Assembly (NCBI GenBank): GCA_963814795.1
Contig: CAWFEK010000013.1
Span: 4,094 to 68,093 of the forward strand
Origin: Bryobacterales bacterium
GTDB lineage: Bacteria > Acidobacteriota > Terriglobia > Bryobacterales > Bryobacteraceae
Direction: 5' to 3'
Length of the DNA: 64,000 nucleotides
Shown piece after piece: positions 62,922 through 64,000 of this stretch. Each line of letters starts with the position of its first letter. Within the stretch, counting starts at the first letter, position 1. A program made the position numbers and the translations under genes. The notes under the pieces are model-generated. The model was not told where the DNA came from. It worked only from the letters and a program-made list of their open reading frames with translations, and ran no database searches.

Positions 62922-64000
62922 GGACACCTCTCTTAATTTTAATTCTGGCCGTCCTTATGCCTGCGCAGCAGAAGCCGCAGCCATGGACAGTGGAAGGCGA
63001 CGTCACCAGCGACGGTGGCCCCGTGAAGGGATCAACGGTCCGGATCGACGGTCCCGAATCCATCCAGCCCGCCTCTACGGACGCGAACGGTCATTACACT
63101 TTGAAAGGATCGCGCCCCGGGAATTATTCCATCACCGCCGAGAAAGATGGATTCGGAGACGCAAAGCCAAGGTCCATCAGCGTTCTCCCGGCGCTCCAGG
63201 TAGATCATGTCGATTTCCAACTCACCAAAGGCGCAGTAATAGCGGGCCGCGTCTTGGATGCAGACAAGAACCCTCTGCCGGGGGTTATGGTCTCCGCTCT
63301 AGTGAACAATTTCCAGGACGGCAAGCGTAGCTTCGCGGCGCGCGGCAGCGCTAAGACCGACGATCAAGGCGAGTATCGCATTCCAGATCTGCCGGAAGGC
63401 CAGTATTTTGTGACCGTCATTCCGGATCTCCTTCATCCTCATAAGCGCCCGCCTGCGGTCACCGGAGAAAAGCCAAAACAAACCCAGCGCCAGGGCCTGG
63501 TACGCAACATGTTCTATCCCAACGTCCCAACGCCTACGGGGGCTTCGCCTATCTACTTGCACTGGGGTGACCAGCGCGAATCAGTGGACATGGTCCTAAA
63601 CCGCGTCGGGACCTTCTGCATGACCGCTACTCTCATAGCAGCCGCAAACAATGGTCTTGCCGAGAGTCCGGCTTTGTTCCTGGGAGTGGCCACGCCCGAA
63701 TGGCATGCTTCGGTGGCACATGGTGATGGTAAGGTCAAGCTCGGAGAAGAGTTTGAGATCTGTGGACTGCCTCCGGGGTCATACCGAATTATGTCCGATT
63801 CCTTCGCCAAGGTGAACTCCGCAACGTACAAGATCACCGGTTGGGTGGAAACGGAGTTCGCCGTCTCGAAGGCCGACGTCGAACTGGGAAGTCTCTACAT
63901 CGCGCCGCCCCTGACCTTGCAGGGCAAAGTGACCGTTGATGGCGCCCGACCCGAAGATCGAGTGCCGGACGGCCTTGTGATTTCGCTCGACCGTAATCAA
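62918..64000 (+). CDS. Second carboxypeptidase-regulatory-like domain protein, 3'-partial (runs off the window; not in the ORF track)
   Basis: My translation is open from ATG 62918 (MRTPLLILILAVLMPAQQ...) to 64000: EGDVTSDGGPVKGSTVRIDG...TDANGHYTLKGSRPGNYSITAEKDGF...GRVLDADKNPLPGV...DDQGEYRIPDLPEGQY. ATGA overlap with the upstream gene. Confidence 0.7.
   Translation, partial: MRTPLLILILAVLMPAQQKPQPWTVEGDVTSDGGPVKGSTVRIDGPESIQPASTDANGHYTLKGSRPGNYSITAEKDGFGDAKPRSISVLPALQVDHVDFQLTKGAVIAGRVLDADKNPLPGVMVSALVNNFQDGKRSFAARGSAKTDDQGEYRIPDLPEGQYFVTVIPDLLHPHKRPPAVTGEKPKQTQRQGLVRNMFYPNVPTPTGASPIYLHWGDQRESVDMVLNRVGTFCMTATLIAAANNGLAESPALFLGVATPEWHASVAHGDGKVKLGEEFEICGLPPGSYRIMSDSFAKVNSATYKITGWVETEFAVSKADVELGSLYIAPPLTLQGKVTVDGARPEDRVPDGLVISLDRNQ

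Noticed and set aside
1-64000. tRNA, rRNA or other structured RNA genes
   Set aside because: An eye scan for T-loop-like GGTTCGAA/GTTCGAATCC strings found only matches inside CDSs (def about 3425, hyuB-like about 58670). This is not an exhaustive search, and a covariance-model scan would be needed to exclude small RNAs.

Overview
High-GC chromosomal segment that looks acidobacterial. This is inferred from three 'ADOP'-type duplicated FtsX/MacB-like orphan permeases (one preceded by a PadR regulator) and two proteins ending in the 'Soli_cterm'-type domain. Most of the window is housekeeping or envelope genes: aroC-def-fmt-argJ, a GH20 hexosaminidase, two tandem TolC-like genes, amidohydrolases, a lysR/leuABCD cluster, rimO-yacG-pgpA-cinA, a Ser/Thr kinase next to a receiver-PP2C phosphatase, a two-component system, an ALDH7-like dehydrogenase, hyuB and carboxypeptidase-regulatory-domain proteins. 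The best candidate for an undescribed system is a lower-GC three-gene cassette at 22762..24736: a HicB-like domain protein, an SMC/ABC-type (AAA_15/21-like) ATPase and a small Toprim-like (DUF4276-type) protein. It has the ATPase-plus-separate-nuclease logic of Septu, PARIS, AbiL and OLD. Other notable points: (1) at least four short palindromic repeat families fill many intergenic gaps and twice supply the last codons of genes; (2) a 463-bp tandem duplication spans two convergent gene ends; (3) a 7-bp x18 and a 16-bp x5 microsatellite lie upstream of genes; (4) decayed toxin-antitoxin-like remnants follow leuD; (5) five genes, including the essential fmt and leuA, carry single-nucleotide frame breaks. 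The frame breaks most likely reflect assembly indels, so pseudogene calls are provisional. Coordinates read directly from the sequence rather than from the ORF track may be off by 1-2 nt. No tRNA, rRNA, CRISPR array or transposase gene was recognised.
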